Source of the DNA: an uncultured Solirubrobacteraceae bacterium
GTDB lineage: Bacteria; Actinomycetota; Thermoleophilia; Solirubrobacterales; Solirubrobacteraceae
DNA: 24,422 nt
Direction: 5' to 3'
Assembly: GCA_964588985.1 (NCBI GenBank)
Contig: CAZPQW010000037.1
Span: 1-24,422 of the forward strand
Part shown: piece after piece, positions 15,129 through 23,602 of the stretch
How the letters are laid out: every line of letters begins with the position of its first letter
Numbering within the stretch: position 1 is the stretch's first letter
Made by a program: the position numbers and the translations under genes
Notes under the pieces: model-generated
The model's input: only the letters and a program-made list of their open reading frames with translations
Told to the model about the DNA's origin: nothing
The model's database searches: none

Positions 15129-16180
15129 GAGCGCTCCTGCTTGTAGGGATCGGCTTGACCGGTTTCGCGGCGTGGCTCAGCCCGCCCGGCGCATTGGCGA
15201 GGAGCGCTATCGAAGGGCCGGAAGCAATCGCGCTGCTGAGTCTGCAGAGAGCGGCGAACGGCATCCCGCCGGTGACGGAGAACAAGCAGTATGCGGCTGC
15301 GTGGTGTCCCGCCGAGGACAGCGGTCCCAGCGGCGGAGAGAGCGGACGGGACCTATCGACCGTCGTGTTGGGGTGGTCGGTCACGAGCTCGCCGTGGGAC
15401 AACGCGCCGCTTCACCAGGAGGACATCTACAACCCGATCTTCACCCAGGCGGGCGATGTGAACGTGGACGGGCAGGCCTGCTTGGGCGTGGGCGCTCCGC
15501 GTCCCGAACCGCTCGTTCCGACCTTCGCGGCGTTCTACTCCGACAGGGGCGCCAACTACGTCCCCACGAGCGAGACCGTTGAACACGAGATCCCGTTTGC
15601 GCCCCAGCAGCTTGTCGGGATACCTCAGGGTAGGGCGACGGGTGGCCAGCTGATCCTCTACGCCGAGGGGATGGGCGCGGAAGTCCACGCGGTGTCGTGG
15701 TCGCTCGCCGAAGCCAACGGGGCCCAGGTGCCGAATGTCGCGCTGGTCGATGACACCGTTGCGAAAGCCGCGGGACAGGGTGGGTTTTTCACCGGTGCCG
15801 GTGTCGTCATCCCACCTGTGCTCAAGGCTCTGAGCAGATACAGCCTCACAGTCGTCTGGGAAGGAGCCGGTGGGGTAACCGCAACTCAGCAGCTCTCGTT
15901 CAAGACCACGGCTGCCGTGAACCAGCTGAAGGTCTATGGAAAGGGCAAGTACCTATACGGCGAAAGCCAGGCCCGCGGCGGTTCTCTGACGGCCTCCCGC
16001 TCTGGTCACACGCTGCGTGTGGCCCTCTCGTCGCGCACCGGATCCCGACGCTTCAGCGGGAGACTCGCGATCTCTCGTCTCTCCCTCGGGCGATGGCATG
16101 TGTGCGTCGCGAGCGGCGGAGGCACAACCGGCTATCTGCCCGCGCGCAAGTGTGTTGACGTCTTGATCCAGCGAGGCTAG
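15125..16180 (+). CDS. Secreted hypothetical protein, N-terminal CAP/SCP-like domain
   Basis: Signal peptide; LSLQRAANGIPPV and WDNAPLHQEDIYNP resemble CAP motifs; GTGA overlap with the upstream gene. Confidence 0.6.
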   Translation: MRALLLVGIGLTGFAAWLSPPGALARSAIEGPEAIALLSLQRAANGIPPVTENKQYAAAWCPAEDSGPSGGESGRDLSTVVLGWSVTSSPWDNAPLHQEDIYNPIFTQAGDVNVDGQACLGVGAPRPEPLVPTFAAFYSDRGANYVPTSETVEHEIPFAPQQLVGIPQGRATGGQLILYAEGMGAEVHAVSWSLAEANGAQVPNVALVDDTVAKAAGQGGFFTGAGVVIPPVLKALSRYSLTVVWEGAGGVTATQQLSFKTTAAVNQLKVYGKGKYLYGESQARGGSLTASRSGHTLRVALSSRTGSRRFSGRLAISRLSLGRWHVCVASGGGTTGYLPARKCVDVLIQRG

Positions 16181-16200
16181 GCCTGGCCGCAGACGCGCCT

Positions 16201-17031
16201 TCAGAGCGTGTCGAGCGGCACCCCGATGATGTTCAGCCTCCGCGTAAGCCCCTCGAGCGCGAACCCGCGGAGCTCCTCAGCCGACGCTCCGAGCACAGAC
16301 GCGTCTGCCCCTTCGGGCGGCGTCAGCGACTCGGCGACCGCCGGCAGCAACTCGCGCAGCGTCCCGCGCACCACGTCTCCCATCGCGGCGTCCCTCGCGA
16401 CGGCTTCGCGCAGATACCAGACGCCGTAGCCGATGTGACGGTGCTCGTCGTGGTGGATCTTCGTGTAGCCGGCCACGAAACCCGGCAGCAGCCCCTCGCG
16501 CTGCATGAAGCGCGTCGAGAACTCGAACGTGGTGAGCCCGAGCGTGGACTCGAGGATCAGGTGGTAGATCGTCACGAACGCGACCTTCGCCGCGACGTCG
16601 CCAGGGTTCGCGACGAGCCGTTCGTGCGCCGCGACGAGCTTCTCGTCGAAGATCGTCCGGAAGGCGGGGGAGACCTGCTCGCGTGCGCGCTCCACATGCT
16701 CCGCGATCAGCGCGGGCTCTGCGACCACCTCGTCCTGGAAGCGCGCGTAGAACTGCATGTGCCGAGCCTCGTCGACCTGCTGGGTGGCGAGGAACGTCAC
16801 CTCCTCCTCGCTGCCGTCAGCTCCGACCAGGCCGGAGAACTTCGTCGTGATCCGCTCCTCGGCGACCATCAGCGAGCCGAGCACGAACGACACGAGCGTG
16901 CGGTCCTCCATCGCCGCCCACTGCTCGCGATCGACCGATAGGTCGACGTCCCAGGGGCTCCACTGGCTGTCCTCCCAGTGGCGATAGAGGGTCTGGGGGT
17001 CGTGGAGGTGGATGTCGCTCGCGGTGCTCAG
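16201..17031 (-). CDS. Ferritin-like di-metal protein, RNR R2-like (R2lox-type oxidase); start uncertain (possible CTG at 17031)
   Basis: Ligand pattern AEERIT...DEARH...YHLILE...DEHRH; no RNR large subunit in the window. Confidence 0.82.
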   Translation of the reverse strand: MSTASDIHLHDPQTLYRHWEDSQWSPWDVDLSVDREQWAAMEDRTLVSFVLGSLMVAEERITTKFSGLVGADGSEEEVTFLATQQVDEARHMQFYARFQDEVVAEPALIAEHVERAREQVSPAFRTIFDEKLVAAHERLVANPGDVAAKVAFVTIYHLILESTLGLTTFEFSTRFMQREGLLPGFVAGYTKIHHDEHRHIGYGVWYLREAVARDAAMGDVVRGTLRELLPAVAESLTPPEGADASVLGASAEELRGFALEGLTRRLNIIGVPLDTL

Positions 17032-17192
17032 GCCTGTGCCTCGGTCGGCGCGTGCGTGGCATCGGCGTCGCAGCCGCAGCCCTCGTCTCGTCCACAGCAG
17101 TCGGCCTTGGCGCTGGGCTTGCAGCAGGCGGCCTGCCGCTTCGGGGCGCAGCACGGGTGGGCGGTCGTATCGGGGGTGATCACGTCAGCCAC
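17028..17192 (-). CDS. 54-aa Cys-rich metallothionein-like peptide
   Basis: AGGAG RBS 8 nt before GTG 17192, inside the arsR 3' end; MADVITPDTTAHPCCAPKRQAACCKPSAKADCCGRDEGCGCDADATHAPTEAQA (three CC pairs + CGC). Confidence 0.72.
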   Translation of the reverse strand: MADVITPDTTAHPCCAPKRQAACCKPSAKADCCGRDEGCGCDADATHAPTEAQA

Positions 17193-17533
17193 GCGGACAG
17201 CTCCTGAAGTGAGTCGGGGATGACGTAGTAGTAGGCCCACAGGCCCTTGCGCTCGGAGTCCACGATCCCCGCGTCGCGGAGCTTCTTGAGGTGGTGGGAG
17301 AGCGTGGGCTGGGAGACCTCGAACAGCGGCACGAGCTCGCACACGCACACCTTGCCCGCGTGCTTGCGCAGCACGTCCACCAGCTGCAGGCGGATCGGGT
17401 CGCCGAGCGCCTTCGCGACCTCCGCCATCCGCAGCGCGTGGTCGCGCGCCACGTCGGGGTACACGACCGGCTCGCAGCAGCGCTCGCCGGCGGCTCGCTT
17501 CTGCTTCGGCGCCAGCTCCAAATCGACGGACAT
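17180..17533 (-). CDS. arsR: ArsR/SmtB family metalloregulator
   Basis: KALGDPIRLQLV...KVCVCEL...SQPTLSHHLKKLRDAGIV...RKG.WAYY; N-terminal CC. Confidence 0.92.
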   Translation of the reverse strand: MSVDLELAPKQKRAAGERCCEPVVYPDVARDHALRMAEVAKALGDPIRLQLVDVLRKHAGKVCVCELVPLFEVSQPTLSHHLKKLRDAGIVDSERKGLWAYYYVIPDSLQELSAWLT

Positions 17534-17587
17534 CTATATACATATATCAATAACAACTACAGATATCTATCTAATACGATCTCGCCC
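17534..17587. promoter_or_regulatory. Divergent AT-rich promoter/operator region between arsR and the metallophosphoesterase gene
   Basis: Strongly AT-rich 54 bp in GC-rich DNA; TACGAT (17575-17580) lies 7 nt before ATG 17588. Confidence 0.65.
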
Positions 17588-18325
17588 ATGACGCAGGAAG
17601 CAGCTCCGGACACGGCGGCGGTGATCACCGACATCCACGGCAACCTGCCGGCGTTGCACGCGGCGCTCGCGCGGATCGACGAGCTCGGCATCGACGCCGT
17701 TTACTGCGGCGGGGACCTCGTGGGCTACGGTCCGCACCCCGACGAGGTCTGCGAGCTGATCGCGCAGCGTGAGATCCCCACGATCTACGGCAACTACGAC
17801 TACGCGATCGCGCGCGACGAAGAGGACTGCGGTTGCGCTTACATCACCCCGCACGACCGCGAGCTCGGCCAGCTGTCGGTCGACTGGACGCTCGCGCACA
17901 CGAGCCGGACCTCGAAGGACTTCATGCTCGGCCTGCCGTTCGACCTTCGCTTCCGGGTGGGCGAGGTCGACATCCACCTCGTCCACGGCTCGCCGAGGAA
18001 AGTGAACGAGTACCTGTTCGAGGACAAGCCCGCGCGCCTCTACGAACGCCTCGCCGCCGCTGAGACCGACCCGGTGCTCGTGTTCGGCCACACCCACAAA
18101 CCGTGGGTCCACGAGTATGGCGGCGTGCTGTTCGTCAACTGTGGTTCGGTGGGCAAGCCCAAGGACGGCGACCCGCGTGGCGCGTTCGCGGTGCTCACCG
18201 CTAGCGCCGACGGCGTGGACGTGACGATCGAGCGCGTGCCCTACGACGCCGACATGGTCGCCGCGGAAGTCCGCACGGTCGGTCTCCCCGGCGAGTTCGC
18301 CGACAAGCTGATCACCGCCACGTGA
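17588..18325 (+). CDS. Calcineurin-like metallophosphoesterase (type seen in ars clusters)
   Basis: DIHGN, GDLVGYG, GNYD, VHGSP, FGHTH, NCGSVG; additional DCGC motif. Confidence 0.92.
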   Translation: MTQEAAPDTAAVITDIHGNLPALHAALARIDELGIDAVYCGGDLVGYGPHPDEVCELIAQREIPTIYGNYDYAIARDEEDCGCAYITPHDRELGQLSVDWTLAHTSRTSKDFMLGLPFDLRFRVGEVDIHLVHGSPRKVNEYLFEDKPARLYERLAAAETDPVLVFGHTHKPWVHEYGGVLFVNCGSVGKPKDGDPRGAFAVLTASADGVDVTIERVPYDADMVAAEVRTVGLPGEFADKLITAT

Positions 18326-19038
18326 CCGACACGCCTCCACTCGCCCGTCGCCTGCTGGCCGAGCTGCTCGGCTCCGCGTTCCTCGCGGCGCTCGTGATCG
18401 GCTCGGGCATCGCCGCGCAGACGCTCTCCCCCAACGACGTCGGCCTCGAGCTGCTCGAGAACGCAGCCGCCACAGCGGCTGGGCTGTTCACGATCATCCT
18501 CATGTTCGGCCCCGTCTCCGGCGCGCACTTCAACCCCGTCGTGTCGCTCGCCGACGCGAGCTTCGGCGGCATCAGCTGGCGCGACGCGCTCGCCTACCTG
18601 CCCGCGCAGGTCGCCGGCTGCACGCTCGGCGCGGTCGCCGCCAATGGCATGTTCTCGCTCGCCGCGATCAGCATCTCCACGCACCACCGCGCCTCGCCAG
18701 CGCACCTGTTCTCCGAGGCGATCGCCACCGCCGGCCTGCTGCTGGTGATCTTCTCGCTGGCGCGCAGCAAACGCGCCAACGCCATCCCCGCGGCGGTCGG
18801 TGCTTACATCGGCGCCGCCTACTTCTTCACCAGCTCCGCCAGCTTCGCCAACCCCGCGATCAGCGTCGGGCGCATCTTCTCCAACACCTTTGCCGGCATT
18901 GCACCTGCGTCCGTGGCCCCGTACGTCGTGGCCCAGCTCGTCGGCGGCGCCTGCGCGGTTCTCGTCATCAGGGTGCTCTATCCGGGCGTCACGGCGGCCG
19001 AGGCGGCGGAGGTCATGCTGCCGCACGGCGACGCGTAG
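18322..19038 (+). CDS. MIP/aquaporin family channel (AqpS-like arsenite channel)
   Basis: SGAHFNPVV and SFANPAIS signature loops; multiple hydrophobic helices; GTGA overlap. Confidence 0.9.
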   Translation: MTDTPPLARRLLAELLGSAFLAALVIGSGIAAQTLSPNDVGLELLENAAATAAGLFTIILMFGPVSGAHFNPVVSLADASFGGISWRDALAYLPAQVAGCTLGAVAANGMFSLAAISISTHHRASPAHLFSEAIATAGLLLVIFSLARSKRANAIPAAVGAYIGAAYFFTSSASFANPAISVGRIFSNTFAGIAPASVAPYVVAQLVGGACAVLVIRVLYPGVTAAEAAEVMLPHGDA

Positions 19039-19052
19039 ACTCGGAGACGCGA

Positions 19053-19844
19053 ATGGATCTAGGGCTGCAGGGCAGGGTCGCGCTGGTCGCGGCATCCAGC
19101 AGGGGGCTCGGCAAGGCCTCCGCGCTCGCCCTCGCGCGCGAGGGTGCGAAGGTCGCGATCTGCGCGCGCAGCGAGGCGGTCCTCGAGGCGGCCGCCGAGG
19201 AGATCCGGCGTGAGACGGGCGCTGAGGTGCTCGTCGTCGCGGCGGACCTCAGCAGCGCCGACGGCATCCACAGCGTCGTCCAGGCGACTGTCGAGCGCTT
19301 CGGCTGCGTGGACGTGCTCGTGGACAACTCGGGCGGCCCGCCGAGGGGCGGCTTCGCGGACTTCACCGACGAGGACTGGCTGAAGGCGTTCGAGATCGTG
19401 ACGCTGAACTTCGTTCGCTTCGTCCGCGAGGTCACGCCGCACATGCGCGCCAAGCGCTGGGGGCGCATCGTCGGGATCCAATCGAGCTCGGTGAAGCAGC
19501 CCGTGCAGAACATCGACCTCTCGAACGGGATCCGCCCGGGCGTCGCCGGGCTGATGAAGGCGATCATGCCCGACCTCGCGAAGGACGGCATCACGATCAA
19601 CCTCGTGCTCCCGGGGATGTTCCTCACGTCGCGCATCCATCCCGCGCTCGCGGTGCGCAGCGCGGAGGTGGACGAGATGGTCAAAGAGCAGCTCGCCCCT
19701 CTCGCAGCGACGATCCCAATGGGGCGTCTCGGCGAGCCGAGCGAGCTGGGGAGCCTCGTCGCGTTCCTCGCCTCCGAGCATGCCTCCTACATCACCGGCG
19801 CCGTCTACCAGGTGGACGGCGGCAGCATCAGGTCCAATCTCTAG
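19053..19844 (+). CDS. Short-chain dehydrogenase/reductase
   Basis: MDLGLQGRVALVAASSRGLG, DVLVDNSGGP, YITG...VDGG; GGAG RBS. Confidence 0.92.
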   Translation: MDLGLQGRVALVAASSRGLGKASALALAREGAKVAICARSEAVLEAAAEEIRRETGAEVLVVAADLSSADGIHSVVQATVERFGCVDVLVDNSGGPPRGGFADFTDEDWLKAFEIVTLNFVRFVREVTPHMRAKRWGRIVGIQSSSVKQPVQNIDLSNGIRPGVAGLMKAIMPDLAKDGITINLVLPGMFLTSRIHPALAVRSAEVDEMVKEQLAPLAATIPMGRLGEPSELGSLVAFLASEHASYITGAVYQVDGGSIRSNL

Positions 19845-19859
19845 ACGGTCCTCGTCGCA

Positions 19860-21566
19860 TTACGCGAAGACCTGCCGGTCCCGGGCTTTCTGGGGGTTTG
19901 AGTAGTACCCGTCCCACCACGGCTTTTCGCCCGCCGCCCGAGGAGGCCTGGCCAGCGTCAGCGGTTTGCCCGCTTCGTTGGCTTCCCGCGCGGTGATCCG
20001 AAAGTGATAGTGGTCGAAGAGGGTAAGCGCCTCGATCGCGTATGAGGTGGCGACACGGGGATCGCGGATGACGAGCAGGTTCTCTCCGTTCGCGGTGTCG
20101 GCTGCCTTGGAGAAGTTGTAGGAGCCCATGTAGATCCGCGCGGTGGGCTTGTCGAAGTCGATGACGACGAACTTGTGGTGCATCCGCACGCCGCTGCCTC
20201 CGCTCGGCTCGGATTTGAACGGCTCCGGGACGTGTTCGCTGAGTTCCGCGGGGTAGACCACCGCGACATTCCCGCTGGGTCGCTGGACATCGAGTCCGCC
20301 GACCTTTTTGTCGGAGATCCCGTAGACGAAGATCGCGTCGTCGGCGGTCACTTTCTCGATCGCTTCGAGGATCGGACCGGGAGCCTCGTAGAGGAACGCC
20401 AGTGAGTACAGCAGCGACGATTCGGTGTGCTCGCCGATGTCTTTGGCGACCACGTCGAGCAGGGCGTTGTCGCTCGAGTGCGGGGAGAACCCCACGCGTG
20501 CGTCGATCTCCATCAGCTCGAGGTCGGTGAGGTTCGCCGGAGCAGTGGTGCTGAAGCCGGCGGCGTCGTCGTGTTGCCAGTACTGCTCGAAGGCCGCAGA
20601 GAACGCGCCGGCGGCTTGTTGGCCATGCAGGACCAGCGCGTTGTTCGACTGCACGAAGAACGCTCGCCAGCTGAAGTTCGTGGATCCGCACACGACGACC
20701 TGATTCGTCGGGCTTTCGAGCACGATCGTCTTGTTGTGTTGGAGTCCGCCCATGTGCTGGCGCTTGACGTTCCCCGCCCCGGCGGTCGCCAGGAGTTTCT
20801 CTTCGGCCTGGTCCTCGGCGGATCCAGCTTTGCCGTGAGAGCCGGAGTTGTCGATGATCATCCGCAGTCGGCCGCCGAGCTTTTCCAGCCGCGAGATGAT
20901 CTCGGGCTCGTTGAGGTCGTAGGCGATCGCCTTGACCTGCGCGTCCTTGTCGGCGATCGCTTTGTCGAGCACGTCGAGGATCGCCTGTCGCGCCTCGAAC
21001 CCCATCCAGTCGAGCGCTTCGTCGGTCTTTGGGTTGGTCGGCTTGAACGTGAGCCCTTCGTTCGCGTCTGAGGGGAGCAGAGTCTTGACCGGTTCGTAGC
21101 GCTCAACGAATGCCTGCGATGAGATGAACCCTCGTGTGAACGCGACGTTCAGCTTGTCGGGGTAGGTGTCTCCTCCGAGAGTCACAGCGGCTTCCTGTGG
21201 ATCGCCGTAGGAGAGCCCGTCTTTGTCGTCCATGAACACGGGGGTCACTCGATAGGTGAAGTCGCCCGCGACGTTCGCGTCGTGCGGGAAGTGCACCCAG
21301 CGAAAGCGCTGGAATGGAGCCAGCCGGCTCGAGGTTTTGGCCGCGAGCACCTTGCCGTCCGCGGGGAGGAACGCCAGGTCGTTGTTGAGCGGCTTGAAGT
21401 CGTGCGCGCCAGGGACCTGAAACTCGATCGCGAAGCCGACGAAGTCATCTGAGGGCGTTCCCTGCTTCCAGTCCATCGTGAGCAGCGCCATGCCCTCGCC
21501 GCGACGTACCTTCAAGGTGAACAGAGCCGTGGTGCTGTTCCCGGTAGCGATGATTGCTTCCCCCAC
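19860..21566 (-). CDS. Phospholipase D superfamily protein (two HKD-type motifs)
   Basis: QHNKTIVLE...GSTNFS and MHHKFVVID...GSYNFS...NGENL; AGGAGG RBS before GTG 21566. Confidence 0.88.
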   Translation of the reverse strand: MGEAIIATGNSTTALFTLKVRRGEGMALLTMDWKQGTPSDDFVGFAIEFQVPGAHDFKPLNNDLAFLPADGKVLAAKTSSRLAPFQRFRWVHFPHDANVAGDFTYRVTPVFMDDKDGLSYGDPQEAAVTLGGDTYPDKLNVAFTRGFISSQAFVERYEPVKTLLPSDANEGLTFKPTNPKTDEALDWMGFEARQAILDVLDKAIADKDAQVKAIAYDLNEPEIISRLEKLGGRLRMIIDNSGSHGKAGSAEDQAEEKLLATAGAGNVKRQHMGGLQHNKTIVLESPTNQVVVCGSTNFSWRAFFVQSNNALVLHGQQAAGAFSAAFEQYWQHDDAAGFSTTAPANLTDLELMEIDARVGFSPHSSDNALLDVVAKDIGEHTESSLLYSLAFLYEAPGPILEAIEKVTADDAIFVYGISDKKVGGLDVQRPSGNVAVVYPAELSEHVPEPFKSEPSGGSGVRMHHKFVVIDFDKPTARIYMGSYNFSKAADTANGENLLVIRDPRVATSYAIEALTLFDHYHFRITAREANEAGKPLTLARPPRAAGEKPWWDGYYSNPQKARDRQVFA

Positions 21567-21677
21567 GCGAGCCTCCTGGCTGGTCCGTTGGTCTCTATGG
21601 CACCGCCGGGAAGAGTAGCTCATTCCGAATGATGGAATCGTGTTCGACCGGACCTGCAGGGCGCCGCCGCGTAGCGC

Positions 21678-22292
21678 TCACTCCGCGCGCTCGAGCAGCG
21701 CCACCAGCTGCGCCCGACAGAACGGCCACTGCTTGCGGTTGCGAGCGCCGTCCGGGTGAAGCGTGTCGAGCAGCGCGAGGCCGCGGACCGTGGCGACGAC
21801 CATCTCCATCAGCCCCTCGAAGTTCGCTCGCTCGGCGAGGTCGGGGAACAGGCGGCGCGCGAGCGTGAGCGTCTGGCGGTCGAGCTCGCGCTCGACTTTG
21901 GTGAGGTGCGCGCGCAGCTCGGGGTCGGTGCGCGCGTCCGACCACAGGTCGAGCGCCGCCTGGAACAGCGGGCTCGCGTAGCTCGACCACATCAGGTCGA
22001 GGCTCTTGACAACGCGCTGGCGGCCCGTCGGCAGGTCGTCGGCGGCCGCCATCAGCTCCGCGCCGCGCCGTGCCGCGAGGTGCTCGATCGCCGCGGCGAC
22101 CAATGCCTGGCGGGTCTGGAAGTGGTGGAGGTGCGCGCCGCGGGAGACGCCAGCGCGTTCAGCCACGCGCGCGGTGGTGGTGTTGGCGTAGCCGTCCTCG
22201 ACGAGGCAGGCGATCGTCGCCTCCATCAGCGCCTCGCGAGTGGCGGAGCTGCGCTCGGCCTGGGTGCGGCGTGTGGGCGTGTTGGTCGCCAT
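21678..22292 (-). CDS. TetR/AcrR family regulator
   Basis: RTQAERSSATREAL...GYANTTTARVAERAGVSRGAHLHHF; TACGAT lies 7 nt before ATG 22292; divergent from fadA. Confidence 0.93.
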   Translation of the reverse strand: MATNTPTRRTQAERSSATREALMEATIACLVEDGYANTTTARVAERAGVSRGAHLHHFQTRQALVAAAIEHLAARRGAELMAAADDLPTGRQRVVKSLDLMWSSYASPLFQAALDLWSDARTDPELRAHLTKVERELDRQTLTLARRLFPDLAERANFEGLMEMVVATVRGLALLDTLHPDGARNRKQWPFCRAQLVALLERAE

Positions 22293-22314
22293 CGCCGCGA
22301 TCGTAGCCCAAAAC

Positions 22315-22326
22315 TTGCGTTCGCAA
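22315..22326. promoter_or_regulatory. Possible TetR operator
   Basis: TTGCG-N2-CGCAA inverted repeat in the tetR/fadA divergent intergenic region. Confidence 0.35.
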
Positions 22327-22384
22327 ACGAATGTTGATGTGGTAGCGTCCCCGGACTTCCCCCTTCGACTGAGGAGTCCGAGCA

Positions 22385-23602
22385 ATGGCAGCTACCGACG
22401 CGTTGGTGTTCGACGCGATACGCACCCCGAGAGGCAAGGGCAAGGTCAACGGCTCGCTGCACGGCACCAAGCCGGTCGACCTCGTCGTAGGGCTGATGCA
22501 CGAGATGCTGATCCGCAACGAGCGCCTCGACCCCAAGCGGGTCGACGACGTGGTGCTCGGCTGCGTCTCCCCGGTCGGCGACCAGGGCGCCGACATCGCG
22601 AAGACCGCCGCGCTCAAGGCGGGCCTGCCGGACACCGTCGCGGGCGTGCAGCTCAACCGCTTCTGCGCCTCCGGCCTGGAGGCCGTCAACGTCGCCGCGC
22701 AGAAGGTCGCCTCCGGCTGGGAGGACCTCGTCTTCGCCGGCGGCGTCGAGTCGATGTCGCGCGTGCCGATGGGCACGGACGGCGGCGCCTGGGCGCTCGA
22801 CCCGGAGACGAACTACGACACGTCGTTCGTCCCGCAGGGCGTCAGCGCCGACCTGATCGCGACGGTCGAGGGCTTCGACCGCGAGACGGTGGACGCGTAC
22901 GCCGCCCGCTCGCAGGAGCGCGCCTCGAAGGCGCAGGCCGAGGGCCGCTTCGCGAACTCCGTCGTCCCGGTCAAGGACGTCAACGACCACGTCGTGCTCG
23001 ACAAGGACGAGTTCATCCGCCCCGGCACAACCGTCGAGACGCTCGGCAACCTGAAGCCGTCCTTCCAGGTGATGGGCGAGATGGGCGGCTTCGACGCCGT
23101 CGCGCTGCAGAAGTACCACTGGATCGAGAAGATCGAGCACGTCCACACGCCGGGCAACTCGTCCGGGATCGTGGACGGCGCCGCGCTCGTCGCGATCGGC
23201 AACGAGCAGACCGGCAAGGAGCTCGGGCTCACCGCCCGCGGCCGCATCCTCGCGACCGCCCTCTCCGGCGCCGACCCGACGATCATGCTGACCGGCCCCG
23301 CGCCCGCCTCCAAGAAGGCGCTCGCGAAGGCCGGCCTCACGGTCGACGACCTCGACCTCGTCGAGATCAACGAGGCGTTCGCCGCGGTGGTCCTCCGCTT
23401 CGTCAAGGACATGGGCCTCGACATGGAGAAGGTCAACGTCAACGGCGGCGCGATCGCGATGGGCCACCCGCTCGGCGCGACCGGGGGCATGATCCTCGGC
23501 ACGCTCGTGGAGGAGCTGCACCGGACCGGTGGGCGCTATGGCCTCGCGACGCTCTGCGTCGGCGGCGGCATGGGAATCGCGACCGTGGTGGAGGCGATCT
23601 AG
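22385..23602 (+). CDS. fadA: Acetyl-CoA acyltransferase (thiolase)
   Basis: [40 protein letters not shown]; GAGGAG RBS. Confidence 0.96.
   Translation: MAATDALVFDAIRTPRGKGKVNGSLHGTKPVDLVVGLMHEMLIRNERLDPKRVDDVVLGCVSPVGDQGADIAKTAALKAGLPDTVAGVQLNRFCASGLEAVNVAAQKVASGWEDLVFAGGVESMSRVPMGTDGGAWALDPETNYDTSFVPQGVSADLIATVEGFDRETVDAYAARSQERASKAQAEGRFANSVVPVKDVNDHVVLDKDEFIRPGTTVETLGNLKPSFQVMGEMGGFDAVALQKYHWIEKIEHVHTPGNSSGIVDGAALVAIGNEQTGKELGLTARGRILATALSGADPTIMLTGPAPASKKALAKAGLTVDDLDLVEINEAFAAVVLRFVKDMGLDMEKVNVNGGAIAMGHPLGATGGMILGTLVEELHRTGGRYGLATLCVGGGMGIATVVEAI

Noticed and set aside
16201-17031. Calling the ferritin-like gene nrdB/nrdF
   Set aside because: No nrdA/nrdE nearby, short length, and a motif pattern closer to R2lox-type homologs
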